Of a stretch of 64,000 nt of DNA, positions 46,589-56,451 are shown piece after piece. The position numbers and the translations under genes are program-made. The stretch is from an uncultured Oleiharenicola sp. (GTDB lineage Bacteria; Verrucomicrobiota; Verrucomicrobiia; Opitutales; Opitutaceae), in contig CBINOW010000002.1 of NCBI GenBank assembly GCA_966252395.1, positions 13,676 to 77,675 of the forward strand. The letters are read 5' to 3'. The notes beneath the pieces were generated by a model. That model worked only from the letters and a program-made list of their open reading frames with translations, was not told the origin of the DNA and made no database searches. The stretch's first letter is position 1. Every line of letters starts with the position of its first letter.

Positions 46589-49450
46589 ATGAGAATCCGC
46601 CCCGTTCTGCCGTTGCTGCTGCTTGCCTTCGTCCTCTCCGCGTCCGCCGCCGCGCCGGCGGAACTCGCCTGGCCCGCACTCACCCGCGACCACAAGCCGT
46701 GGACGCGCTGGTGGTGGCTCGGTAACATCGGCGATCCCGCGAGCTTCACCTCCGAGATGGAGAAATACGCCGCCGCCGGTCTCGGCGGCCTGGAGATCAC
46801 GCCCATCTACGGCGTGCGTGGCGCGGAGGACCGCTTCGTGCCGTTTCTGTCCGACCGCTGGGTGGGTAATCTGGAACACGTCCTGAAGGAGGGCCGTCGG
46901 CTCGGCCTCGGCATCGACCTCGCCACCGGCACCGGCTGGCCCTTTGGCGGACCGTGGATCGAGGGCGAGGATGCCGCGCACTACCTCGCGCATCGCACCT
47001 TCACCGTCGCGGCCGGCGGCACGCTGGCGGAACCCGTGCAGTTCACGCAGAAGCCGCTGCTGCGTTTCGCCGGGCGCACGCGCGTGCCGATCACCGACCT
47101 GCGCGAACCCATCGCCAGCAACACCAACCTCCAGGAACTCGCGATCGACCAGGTCCGTTTCCCCAAGCCGCTGCCCCTCGTCTCGCTGATGGCCTACCCG
47201 GGCGCGGGCGCCAACCGCACGCCGGTTGACCTCACGGCCCGCGTGGCGGCGGACGGCCGCCTCGACTGGACCGCGCCGGCGGACCGCGGTCCGTGGACCC
47301 TTTACGCGCTCTTCCAAGGCCAGCACGGCAAGATGGTCGAACGCGCCGCCCCCGCCGCCGAGGGTTACGCGCTCGATCACCTGTCGGCCACCGCTCTCGC
47401 CCGCTACCTCGCGGAGTTCGACCGGGCCTTCGCCGATCGCGCCACCGGCGGCGTGCGCGCCTACTTCAACGATTCCTACGAGGTGGACGACGCCGAGGGC
47501 GAATCCGACTTCACGCCGCGCTTCTTCGCCGAGTTCGCCCGGCTGCGCGGCTACGACCTGCGCTCGCAGCTGCCCGCGCTCTTCGACCCGGCCGACAGCC
47601 GCGTGCTGGCCGACTACCGCGAAACCGTTTCCGACCTCCTGCTGGAACAGTTCACCGTGCCGTGGCGCGAGTGGGCGAACCGCCGCGGCGCGCTGATCCG
47701 CAACCAGGCCCACAACGCCCCGGCCAACATCCTCGACCTCTACGCCGCCAGCGACATCCCCGAGCAGGAGGGCAACGGCCATCTCGCCATGAAAATGGCC
47801 TCGTCCGTCGCCCACGTCACCGGCAAGCCCCTCGCCTCCGCCGAGACTGCCACCTGGCTCAACGAGCACTTCCTCTCCACCCTCGCCGAGCTGAAGGCCA
47901 CCGTGGACGGCTTCCTCCTCGCGGGCATCAACCACAATTGCTACCACGGCACGCCGTTCTCGCCGCCGGGCGAGCCGTGGCCCGGCTACCATTTCTACGC
48001 CTCGGTCGAACTCAGCCCCGTCAATCCGATCTGGCGCGACTTCGCCGCCGTCAACGCCTACGTCGCCCGCGCGCAGTCCTTCCTGCAGTCCGGCCAGCCC
48101 GACGAAGACGTTCTCCTCTATTACAACATCCACGACCGCTGGGCGGTGCGCGGCACCGGTGAGATGCCGCACTTCGGCCACGGCCGTGACCCGCTCGGGG
48201 TCGAGAGTCTGCGTCTGACCGCCACCCGCCTCGTCGATACCGGCGTCGGCTTCGACTACATCTCCGACCGGCAGATCCAAGGCCTCACCTACCGCGGCAA
48301 GCTGATCGAGAGCGGCCGCCAAGGCTACCACACGGTGCTCGTGCCGCCGACGAAGTTCATGCCCCTCGCCACGCTCCGGCATCTGATCGGTCTCGCCGAA
48401 CGCGGTGCCACCATCCTAGTCGAGCAGACGCTCCCGCAAAGCGCCCCCGGCCACTCCGGCCTGCTGCAGCAAAAGGAATTCGACCAGCTCCTCGCGCGAC
48501 TCAACCAAAACGCTCGGCCGGCCGGCCCGCTCACGCACCTGCCCGTCGGTCGGGGCGAGTTCATCGTCGGCCCGGACGCGACGCAGCTGCTCGCGGCCCG
48601 CCCCGGTATTCCGCGCGAGTCGCTCACCGACCTCGGTCTGGAATTCGTGCGCCGCCGCTCCGACCATGGTTTCATTTACTTCATCGCGAACCGCAGCGAC
48701 CGCCCGGTGAACGGCTGGGTGCCGCTGCAGGGCCGCGGGCGCACCGCAGCGCTCTTCGATCCCGCCAGCGGACGCCTCGGGCTCGCCGCCGCCGAAGTCG
48801 GGCCCGCCCAACCCGGCCGCGTTTATCTGCAACTCGCCCCCGGCGAGTCCGTGATCGTCACGCTCGACAACCGCGCGTTCACCGGCCCGGCCTGGGCCTA
48901 TTGGCAAAACTCCGGCGAATCCGTGCCGCTCAGCGGCTCCTGGGCCGTGCGCTTCACCGATGGCGGTCCGACCTTGCCCGCCGCGACCACCGTATCGGCG
49001 CTGCAATCCTGGACGGAGTTCGGCGGCGAGGAGGTGAAGTCCTTCTCCGGCGCCGCGACCTACACGCTCACGTTCCCCCGCCCCGCCGGCGGTGCGCCCG
49101 CGTGGCGGCTCGACCTCGGCCACGTGGCCGAGAGCGCCCGCGTGACGCTCAACGGCAAGGAGATCGCCGCGCTCTGGCAGGCGCCGTATGCCGTCATCAT
49201 TCCCGCCGACGCCCTCGCCGCCGAGAACACCCTCGAGGTCAGCGTCACCAACCTCGCGGCCAACCGCATCGCGGATCTCGACCGACGCGGCGTAAACTGG
49301 AAAAAATTCTACAACGCCAACATGCCCGCCCGGCTCCGCGAGAACACCGGCCCCGACGGGCTGTTCAGCGCCGCCAAGTGGGCGCCGCGCCCGTCCGGCC
49401 TGCTCGGCCCCGTCACGCTCACGCCGCTGCAGGCCCTCGATCCGCGGTAA
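46589..49450 (+). CDS. GH106-like alpha-L-rhamnosidase
   Basis: Signal peptide, then KPWTRWWWLGN...AAGLGGLEITPIYG, an N-terminal pattern I associate with GH106. The C-terminus is a galactose-binding-like domain (TLNGKEIAALWQAPY...NTLEVSVTN). Confidence 0.65.
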   Translation: MRIRPVLPLLLLAFVLSASAAAPAELAWPALTRDHKPWTRWWWLGNIGDPASFTSEMEKYAAAGLGGLEITPIYGVRGAEDRFVPFLSDRWVGNLEHVLKEGRRLGLGIDLATGTGWPFGGPWIEGEDAAHYLAHRTFTVAAGGTLAEPVQFTQKPLLRFAGRTRVPITDLREPIASNTNLQELAIDQVRFPKPLPLVSLMAYPGAGANRTPVDLTARVAADGRLDWTAPADRGPWTLYALFQGQHGKMVERAAPAAEGYALDHLSATALARYLAEFDRAFADRATGGVRAYFNDSYEVDDAEGESDFTPRFFAEFARLRGYDLRSQLPALFDPADSRVLADYRETVSDLLLEQFTVPWREWANRRGALIRNQAHNAPANILDLYAASDIPEQEGNGHLAMKMASSVAHVTGKPLASAETATWLNEHFLSTLAELKATVDGFLLAGINHNCYHGTPFSPPGEPWPGYHFYASVELSPVNPIWRDFAAVNAYVARAQSFLQSGQPDEDVLLYYNIHDRWAVRGTGEMPHFGHGRDPLGVESLRLTATRLVDTGVGFDYISDRQIQGLTYRGKLIESGRQGYHTVLVPPTKFMPLATLRHLIGLAERGATILVEQTLPQSAPGHSGLLQQKEFDQLLARLNQNARPAGPLTHLPVGRGEFIVGPDATQLLAARPGIPRESLTDLGLEFVRRRSDHGFIYFIANRSDRPVNGWVPLQGRGRTAALFDPASGRLGLAAAEVGPAQPGRVYLQLAPGESVIVTLDNRAFTGPAWAYWQNSGESVPLSGSWAVRFTDGGPTLPAATTVSALQSWTEFGGEEVKSFSGAATYTLTFPRPAGGAPAWRLDLGHVAESARVTLNGKEIAALWQAPYAVIIPADALAAENTLEVSVTNLAANRIADLDRRGVNWKKFYNANMPARLRENTGPDGLFSAAKWAPRPSGLLGPVTLTPLQALDPR

Positions 49451-49504
49451 CCGGCACGCCGCCCGCCACTATTCCATTGCCGTGCGCCTGATGAAAATTA
49501 GGCC

Positions 49505-50560
49505 ATGGTCATGCGTCCGAAGCGCCGGGTCTCCCAACAGTCCATCGCCCGTGATCTGGGCATTTCCCAGGCGCTCGTCTCCCTGGCCCTGAACGGCCGC
49601 AAGGAGGGCATCAACCCGGAAACCTACAAGACGATCTGGGACCATGCCTCCCGCCTCGGCTACCAGCCGAAAGGCATGAACCTTGCGCAGTCACCGGCCG
49701 GAGTGCGGCAGCGGCAGGTCGGCTTCATCCTGCGCTCGGGTCTGTCCATCCACAACCAGGGCTCCTACTTCGGCCTCGTGCTGCACGGCCTCCACACCGC
49801 GCTCGCCGCGCGCGGCCACACGGCGGTGTTTCTCGGCGCGGAGGACGCGCTCGAACCATCCCGTCTCGCGGAACTGTTCCCCTCCGGCCACTCGATGCGC
49901 GGCGTCGTGCTGCTGGGCGAGGTCGCCACGCCCTTCCTGAAATCCCTCCGCCGGCACGAGACGCGCATCGTCGCCGTCTCCGCGCGCCACCCCGGCCAAT
50001 GCCACTCCGTCATCGGCAACGAGGCCCAGGCCCTCGACCTGCTCGTCGGTCACCTGCACGAGCTCGGTCACCGCCGCTTCGGCTGGATCGGCGGCAACGT
50101 GGGGCTCAACCGCCATCAGATGCGCTACGACGCCTTTCACGAGGCGCTGCGCGTGCGCGGTCTCGCCGCCGAGGAGCGCTACTGCGTGCGCCTCGCCCAA
50201 GGCGACCGCGCCGAGGGCTTCGAGGCCGTGCTGTCGCTGCGGCCGCATCTCCGCCGCAAGGATTTCCCCACGGCCTTTCTCTGCTACAACACCCTCATGG
50301 CCGCCGGCGCAGTCAAGGCCTTCGTCCACGAGGGCTGGCGCGTGCCGGCCGACGTGAGCATCGCCGGCGCCGACAACTCACGCCTCGCCGCCGCCGAGTC
50401 GCCCCAGATCACTGTGGCCGGCTCCGACGCCGAGAAACTCGGCGCCGCCGCCGCCCGCCTCCTCCTCGATGCCACCGGCGATGATGAAGAGAGCATCAAC
50501 GACCTCATCCTGCCCGCCCAGCTGGTCCCCGGCGGCACCACCGGTCCCGCGCCGGCCTGA
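49505..50560 (+). CDS. LacI-family transcriptional regulator
   Basis: HTH QQSIARDLGISQALVSLALNG plus a sugar-binding core. Located directly upstream of a palindrome and an operon. Confidence 0.85.
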   Translation: MVMRPKRRVSQQSIARDLGISQALVSLALNGRKEGINPETYKTIWDHASRLGYQPKGMNLAQSPAGVRQRQVGFILRSGLSIHNQGSYFGLVLHGLHTALAARGHTAVFLGAEDALEPSRLAELFPSGHSMRGVVLLGEVATPFLKSLRRHETRIVAVSARHPGQCHSVIGNEAQALDLLVGHLHELGHRRFGWIGGNVGLNRHQMRYDAFHEALRVRGLAAEERYCVRLAQGDRAEGFEAVLSLRPHLRRKDFPTAFLCYNTLMAAGAVKAFVHEGWRVPADVSIAGADNSRLAAAESPQITVAGSDAEKLGAAAARLLLDATGDDEESINDLILPAQLVPGGTTGPAPA

Positions 50561-50595
50561 GCCGGCTTCCCGTCGGGCCGGTTACTTTGGGCTTG

Positions 50596-50617
50596 TTGTC
50601 TAATAATTATTAGACAA
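50596..50617. promoter_or_regulatory. candidate operator: perfect 22-bp palindrome TTGTCTAATAATTATTAGACAA
   Basis: Exact self-complementarity checked base by base. AT-rich island in a GC-rich intergenic region, 36 nt after the LacI gene stop and 23 nt before the symporter ATG. Confidence 0.55.
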
Positions 50618-50639
50618 ACCTGCCGCTCCTGCCCCACCC

Positions 50640-52397
50640 ATGACCCCCTACGACTACGCCGTCCTGGCCTTCTACTTCGTCTTCATGCTGATCATCAGCT
50701 GGGTCTTCCGGCGGTTCATTACCAATGTCAGTGACTACTTCCGCAGCGGCGGGCAGGTGCTGTGGTGGATGGCCGGCGGTTCGGCCTTCATGGTCTCGTT
50801 CAGCGCCTGGACCTTCACGGGGGCCGCTTCCCGCGCCTACGAGGACGGCTGGCCCATCATGGTCATCTACGTGGCCAACGCGGTGGGCTTCTTCATCAAC
50901 GCGGCCTGGTTCGGCCCGAAAATCCGGCAGCTGCGCGTGGTGACCGGCATGGAGGCCGTGCGCCAGCGCTTCGGCCGCGCCAGCGAACAAACCTTCACCT
51001 GGATCACGCTGCCGCTGCAGATGCTCACCGCGGGCATCTGGCTTTACGGCCTCGGCGTCTTCTTCTCCGCCGCCTTCGGCATGGACGTGCAGCTCACGAT
51101 CATCATCACTGGTCTCTCGGTCCTGCTGATCTCCCTCCTCGGCGGCAGTTGGGCGGTGCTGGCCAGCGATTTCATCCAGGTCCTGATCCTCATGCCGGTG
51201 ACAATGGTCACCATGTTCCTCGCCGTGGCCCACGTCGGCGGCTGGTCGGTCGCCGTGGGCAAGCTCTCGGCGACGTCGCTCAACCTCGGCAAGCTCGCGA
51301 CCGACGACTTCCTGCTCTTCTGGTGCGTGGCGATTCTCTTCAAGCAGTTTCTCTCGACCAACAACCTCCACGACGCGTCCCGCTACCTCTGCGTCAAGGA
51401 CGGCACGCACGCGCGCAAGGCCGCCCTGCTCGGCGCGGGCCTGTTCCTGTTCGGCATCTTCCTGTGGTTCATCCCGCCGATGCTGGCCACCGTAACGCAC
51501 CCGGACCTCGCCGCGACCTTCCCGCGGCTCGCGCAGCCCTCCGAAGGCTCGTTCTTCGCGATCGCGCAGGCGGTCTTCCCGGTCGGCATGACCGGCCTGC
51601 TCGTCAGCGGCATCTTCGCCGCCACCATGTCCTCGATGGACGCGGGCCTGAACAAGAACGCCGGCGTCTTCATCAAGAATTTCTACCAGCCCATCCTTCG
51701 CCCGCAGGCGGCCGAGCGCGAGCTCCTCCGCGCGGGCAAGCTCACCACCGTCGTGCTGGGCCTGCTGGTGATCGGCGTTGCGGTTTTCTACACCACCCTG
51801 CGCAACCTCACGCTGTTCGAGCTGATGGTGAAATTCCAGGTGCTCGTCTCCCTGCCCTATGTCGTGCCGCTCGTGCTCGGGCTCATCATCCGCCGCACGC
51901 CCGGCTGGACCGGCTGGTCCGCGGTCATCGTGTGCTTCGTGGCCAGTTTCCTTACCGACCGCCTGCTCGCCATCGACTGGGCGGCGGCCACCTTCGGCGC
52001 CAGCGACGGCGTGAGCAACTGGGAACGCCAGAACTGGGAGCAAGGCATCGGGGTCTTCACCATCTTCGGCGCCGGCCTCGCCTGGTTCCTGTTTGCGCGC
52101 CGGTTCTACGACCGCGAATCCCCCGCGCAAAAGGCCGCCATCGAGCAGATGTGCCGCAACCTCGAGACACCCGTGGACTACGCCAAGGAAGAATCCGCCG
52201 CCACCGACGACAAGCAGTCCTGGCTCATCGGCTGGCTCTGCCTCCCCTACGGCGCGATCGTCTGCCTGCTCGCGCTCATCCCGAATCCCCTCATCGGACG
52301 GCTGGCCTTCGTTTTCTGTGGCGGCGTGGTGATCCTCGTCGGCTGGGCCCTCGTCAAACAGGCCCGGGCCAAGCCCGCTCCACCGGCCGCCGGTTAA
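50640..52397 (+). CDS. sodium:solute symporter (SSS) family transporter
   Basis: Multi-pass hydrophobic protein with an SSS-like N-terminus (YDYAVLAFYFVFMLIISWVFRRF...YFRSGG). Confidence 0.8.
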   Translation: MTPYDYAVLAFYFVFMLIISWVFRRFITNVSDYFRSGGQVLWWMAGGSAFMVSFSAWTFTGAASRAYEDGWPIMVIYVANAVGFFINAAWFGPKIRQLRVVTGMEAVRQRFGRASEQTFTWITLPLQMLTAGIWLYGLGVFFSAAFGMDVQLTIIITGLSVLLISLLGGSWAVLASDFIQVLILMPVTMVTMFLAVAHVGGWSVAVGKLSATSLNLGKLATDDFLLFWCVAILFKQFLSTNNLHDASRYLCVKDGTHARKAALLGAGLFLFGIFLWFIPPMLATVTHPDLAATFPRLAQPSEGSFFAIAQAVFPVGMTGLLVSGIFAATMSSMDAGLNKNAGVFIKNFYQPILRPQAAERELLRAGKLTTVVLGLLVIGVAVFYTTLRNLTLFELMVKFQVLVSLPYVVPLVLGLIIRRTPGWTGWSAVIVCFVASFLTDRLLAIDWAAATFGASDGVSNWERQNWEQGIGVFTIFGAGLAWFLFARRFYDRESPAQKAAIEQMCRNLETPVDYAKEESAATDDKQSWLIGWLCLPYGAIVCLLALIPNPLIGRLAFVFCGGVVILVGWALVKQARAKPAPPAAG

Positions 52398-52443
52398 CCA
52401 TCCAACCATCGTCCCGCTGCCTTTCACCCGTCCCCGGACCAAC

Positions 52444-53526
52444 ATGCCGAACCTCCGTGGAAAAATCGTCCTCCTGCCGCCCAACCGCGTCTGGCGCACC
52501 TACCAGGGTGGCCGCGGGCTGGACACGCTGGCCGGCGCGGCGGCGCCCGCCGACGGCCATTTTCCCGAAGACTGGATCGCCTCGACCACGCGCGCCATCA
52601 ACCCCGGGCGCGAGCACCTGCGCGAGGGCGTATCGCCGGTCGTCGTCGGGGGCGAAACCCACGACTTCGCCGCGCTGCTCGCCGCTGATCCTGATTATTT
52701 CCTCGGTGCAGCTCACGTTGCGAAGCACGGCCCACAACCTCACCTGCTGGTCAAGCTGCTCGACCCGTCCATCCGCCTGCATTTCCAGGTCCATCCGACG
52801 GCGGATTTTGCGAGGCGGTTCCTCGCTTCGCCCAGCGGCAAAACCGAGGCCTACCACGTCGTTGCCACGCGCCCCGAAGTCGCAGCGCCCTACATCTATC
52901 TCGGGTTCCAACGTCCGCCGGCGCGGGCCGAACTACGCCGCATGATCGAAACGCAGGACATCGCGGCCCTTGAGGCCTGCTTCGACAAAATTCCCGTGAA
53001 ACCCGGCGACACCTACCTCGTCCCCGGCGGCGTGCCGCATGCCTTGGGCGAGGGCGTGTTCCTCGTCGAGATCCAGGAACCGAGCGACCTCGTCGTGCGC
53101 TTTGAATTCGAACGCGGCGGCTACGTGCTGCCCGAGAGCGCGCGCTTCATGGGTCGCGGACTGGATTTCTGCCTCGATGTCTTCGACCTCACGACCTGGT
53201 CGCTTTCGCGCGTGAACATGGAGGCGGCGCGCTCGCCGCTGCGCCGCCGGGCGCTCGGACCAGACTCCTGGCAGGACGACCTCATCGGTCCGGCGCACAC
53301 CCCATGCTTCCGTGTGCGCAAAAGCCACCTGCGCGGCCCCGTCGCCAAGGCCGAGGATGCCGCCCACATCGGCATCGTCACGGGCGGCCGCGTGACCGTC
53401 GAGGCCGGCGGCGAGCGCCACGCTTTCCAGCCCGGCGAAAAATTCTTCTGCCCCGCCGGACTCGGCACGCTGCGCTATTCGCCCGAGCCCACCGCTGAAA
53501 TTCTCGAATGTTTTCCCCCCGCCTGA
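52444..53526 (+). CDS. class I mannose-6-phosphate isomerase-type cupin
   Basis: Zn-ligand-type motifs LHFQVHP, KTEAYHV and GVPHALGEG in the type I PMI order. Confidence 0.7.
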   Translation: MPNLRGKIVLLPPNRVWRTYQGGRGLDTLAGAAAPADGHFPEDWIASTTRAINPGREHLREGVSPVVVGGETHDFAALLAADPDYFLGAAHVAKHGPQPHLLVKLLDPSIRLHFQVHPTADFARRFLASPSGKTEAYHVVATRPEVAAPYIYLGFQRPPARAELRRMIETQDIAALEACFDKIPVKPGDTYLVPGGVPHALGEGVFLVEIQEPSDLVVRFEFERGGYVLPESARFMGRGLDFCLDVFDLTTWSLSRVNMEAARSPLRRRALGPDSWQDDLIGPAHTPCFRVRKSHLRGPVAKAEDAAHIGIVTGGRVTVEAGGERHAFQPGEKFFCPAGLGTLRYSPEPTAEILECFPPA

Positions 53527-53527
53527 C

Positions 53528-54532
53528 ATGAACCGCCGCCCTGTTGTCTTCGCCGCCGTCACCGACGCGGAACTCCGCGAATTCCTGCCCGAGCCGCTGC
53601 TCGGCGAGGTGCGCGCCCTCGCGGGCAACCTCACCACCTGCGACCCGACCGCGGGCTCAATGCCGGATTTTTATGCCGCCCTTGCCGCCGCCAACCCCGA
53701 GGTGCTGCTCGGCGGCTGGAAAACCCCGGCGCTGCCCGCCAGCCTGCCGCCGAACCTCCGCTACGTGTGCTACCTGTGTGGCTCCGTGCGCCGGCTCGTC
53801 ACGCGCCCGCAACTCGAGGCCGGGCTTATCGTCACCAACTGGGGCGGCTCGATCAGCCGCATCGTGGCCGAGTGGGCGCTGTTTCACATCCTGTCCTGCC
53901 TGCGGCGCGCCACCTACTGGACCATCGCGATGCACCACGAGGGCGCGTGGAAGAACGGCGGCAGTGAAACCGCCTCGCTCTTCGGCCGCCGCATCGGCCT
54001 GCACGGCTTCGGCCAGATCGCGCGGGAACTCGTGCAGCTGCTCCGGCCCTTCGGCACGCCGATCATGGCCTTCGCGCCCGACGTCACGCCGGGCACCGCT
54101 CCCGGCCTCGGTATCGCGTGCGCGACTTCGCTGGAGGAACTCTTCGCCGAGAACGACATCGTTGTGGAGCTCGCCCCGCTCAACGACTCCACCCGCGGAA
54201 TCGTGCGGGAGGAACATCTCCGCCTTATCCGACCGGGCGGTGTCTTCGTGAATGTCGGCCGCGGCGCGGTGGTGGACGAGGCCGCGCTGCTCCGCGTGGC
54301 GCAGGAGGGCCGCATCCAGATCGGGCTCGACGTTTACACGGTCGAGCCGCTGCCGGCCGACTCGCCGTTCCGCGGCTTGCGCAACGTCACGCTCACACCC
54401 CACATCGCCGGCCCGACCACCGACCGGCGCCGCGACGCCGGCGCCTTCGCCCTCGCCAACCTGCGCGCCTATTGCACCGGCCGCCCGTTGCAGGCCGTCG
54501 TCACACCCGAGGTTTACGACACGGCCACCTGA
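53528..54532 (+). CDS. D-isomer-specific 2-hydroxyacid dehydrogenase family protein
   Basis: NAD-binding motif GLHGFGQIAREL, then VNVGRGAVVDEAAL and TPHIAG (catalytic His region). Confidence 0.8.
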   Translation: MNRRPVVFAAVTDAELREFLPEPLLGEVRALAGNLTTCDPTAGSMPDFYAALAAANPEVLLGGWKTPALPASLPPNLRYVCYLCGSVRRLVTRPQLEAGLIVTNWGGSISRIVAEWALFHILSCLRRATYWTIAMHHEGAWKNGGSETASLFGRRIGLHGFGQIARELVQLLRPFGTPIMAFAPDVTPGTAPGLGIACATSLEELFAENDIVVELAPLNDSTRGIVREEHLRLIRPGGVFVNVGRGAVVDEAALLRVAQEGRIQIGLDVYTVEPLPADSPFRGLRNVTLTPHIAGPTTDRRRDAGAFALANLRAYCTGRPLQAVVTPEVYDTAT

Positions 54533-54534
54533 GC

Positions 54535-56451
54535 ATGCTGCCTGCATCTTACCGCCATTGGCAGGACGCCGCGCGACGGTTGTTGGAACCGCTCGCCGCG
54601 CTCATGCAACCCGACCGCGCCGACCTGCCGATCGCCGGCGCGCCCTCCGATCACGACGCGCAGGCGGACCGGCTCGAATCCTTCGCACGCCCGCTCGTGC
54701 TCGCCGCCTTCTGGTTGCAATCGGCCGCGCGCCCCGAAGACGCCGCGTTGCGGGAGAAAACCGCCGCGTGGTTCCGCGCAGGGCTTGCGCTCGGCACCGA
54801 TCCCGCGTCACCGCATTACTGGGGTCCCGACGCCAGCTACCACCAGCACCACGTCGAGATGGGCCTTATGGCCATCGGCCTGCAACTCGCCCCGCGCGAC
54901 CTGTGGGAGCCGTTGCCGGCCGCGACCAAGGCGCAGGTGCTCCGCTGGTTCGCGACCTGCCGCGGCGGCGGCATCGTCAACAACAACCACCTCTTCATGT
55001 CGGTGCACATCCTGGAGTTCCTGCGCACGCAGGGCGCCGCGCACCACACCGACGACGCCGTCGTCACCGCGCATCTCAACCAGCTCGAGACCATGCACCG
55101 CGGCGGCGGCTGGTTCGAGGACGGCATCAACCAGGCCTACGACCACTACAACGCCTACGCCTTCCATTTCTACGGCCTGATGTGGGCGCACCTGCACGGT
55201 TCGACTGCGCTCACCTCAGGCGGCGCAGCCGATGCGAAACGCGCGCAGCGCTGGCGCGACTGGGCGCGGCTCTTCGTGGCCGACTACGCGCACTTCTTCG
55301 CCGCCAGCGGCGAACACCCGGCATTCGGCCGCTCCATCACCTACCGTTTCAACGGCCTCAACGTTTTCGGCCTCGCGCTCGCAGAAAATTGCACCGACCT
55401 CGCGCCCGGGATGTTGCGCCGCCTCTGCACGCGCAACCTCGACTTCTTCCTCGCACGCCCGATCTTCACCGCGCAAGGCGCACTCGGGCCGGGCTTCACG
55501 GATATCTTTCCGAAAATCATCGAGCCCTATTCCGCGCCGGCCTCGCCCTACTGGGCCGCGAAAGGCTTCACCCCGCTGCTGCTGCCGCCGGAGCACGCGT
55601 TCTGGAATGAGCCCGAGCAACCGCTGCCGGCCGAGCGCGGTTTCGTGCGCGTGATGCCCGCGCCGGGCCTCGTCACGCGCAGCACGCCGGACGGGGAGGT
55701 CGAGATCCTCAACGCCGGCTCGATGGTCGGCAACACGCAGCTCCGCTATGGCGCGTGGAAATGGAGCAAGCTCAGCTACCGCACCGGCACGCACTTCACC
55801 TACGCCTTCCCGGAGATTTCCAACGTCTCCTTCGACAGCGCGCTCACGCAACAGCTCGACGATGGCCGTGTCTTCGGGCGGCACTCGACAGTCGCCGTCG
55901 AATTGGACGCCGACCACCTCGGCTACTCCTGGAACATGGGTTTCAAGACCGGCCAGGTGAACACCAGCGTCGAGACCTTCGTCTTCTGGCGCGCCGGCTG
56001 GCTGCTGCACGTCCACCGCTACGAGGCCCGCCAATCCGTCGTGCTCCGCGTCGGCGGCTTCGCGCTGCCGCTGCCTCAGGTGGAGCCCGCGCTCCGCGCG
56101 GGCTTGAACCCGGCCGGCACCACCGGCTCCACCCTCGCCTTCTTCTCGCCCGAAAATCGCGGCACCGTCCTGCAACTCCTCGCCGGCGCCGCGACGCCCG
56201 ACTGGGACCAGCGGCTCGACGATGCCACCGAGCGCCGTCACGTCGCCGCACCGTATCACGCGACGCCCATCTTCACGACATCGCGCCACGCCGGCCCGGG
56301 CGTGCTCGTTGCGCTCAGCTGGGCCGGCACCGACCGCGCCGAGGGCGAGCCGTGGGCCATCGTCAGCGCCACCGCCGGCGAGTGGACGCTCGCCCACCCG
56401 AAACTGGGAGAGTGGATCGTGCGTCATTGGTCGTTACCGGCTCTTACATGA
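54535..56451 (+). CDS. DUF2264 domain protein
   Basis: About 638 aa. The N-terminal helical region (ESFARPLVLAAFWL...HYWGP...NNNHLFMS...GGWFEDG...YDHYNAYAFHFY) matches my memory of DUF2264. No signal peptide. Confidence 0.6.
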   Translation: MLPASYRHWQDAARRLLEPLAALMQPDRADLPIAGAPSDHDAQADRLESFARPLVLAAFWLQSAARPEDAALREKTAAWFRAGLALGTDPASPHYWGPDASYHQHHVEMGLMAIGLQLAPRDLWEPLPAATKAQVLRWFATCRGGGIVNNNHLFMSVHILEFLRTQGAAHHTDDAVVTAHLNQLETMHRGGGWFEDGINQAYDHYNAYAFHFYGLMWAHLHGSTALTSGGAADAKRAQRWRDWARLFVADYAHFFAASGEHPAFGRSITYRFNGLNVFGLALAENCTDLAPGMLRRLCTRNLDFFLARPIFTAQGALGPGFTDIFPKIIEPYSAPASPYWAAKGFTPLLLPPEHAFWNEPEQPLPAERGFVRVMPAPGLVTRSTPDGEVEILNAGSMVGNTQLRYGAWKWSKLSYRTGTHFTYAFPEISNVSFDSALTQQLDDGRVFGRHSTVAVELDADHLGYSWNMGFKTGQVNTSVETFVFWRAGWLLHVHRYEARQSVVLRVGGFALPLPQVEPALRAGLNPAGTTGSTLAFFSPENRGTVLQLLAGAATPDWDQRLDDATERRHVAAPYHATPIFTTSRHAGPGVLVALSWAGTDRAEGEPWAIVSATAGEWTLAHPKLGEWIVRHWSLPALT

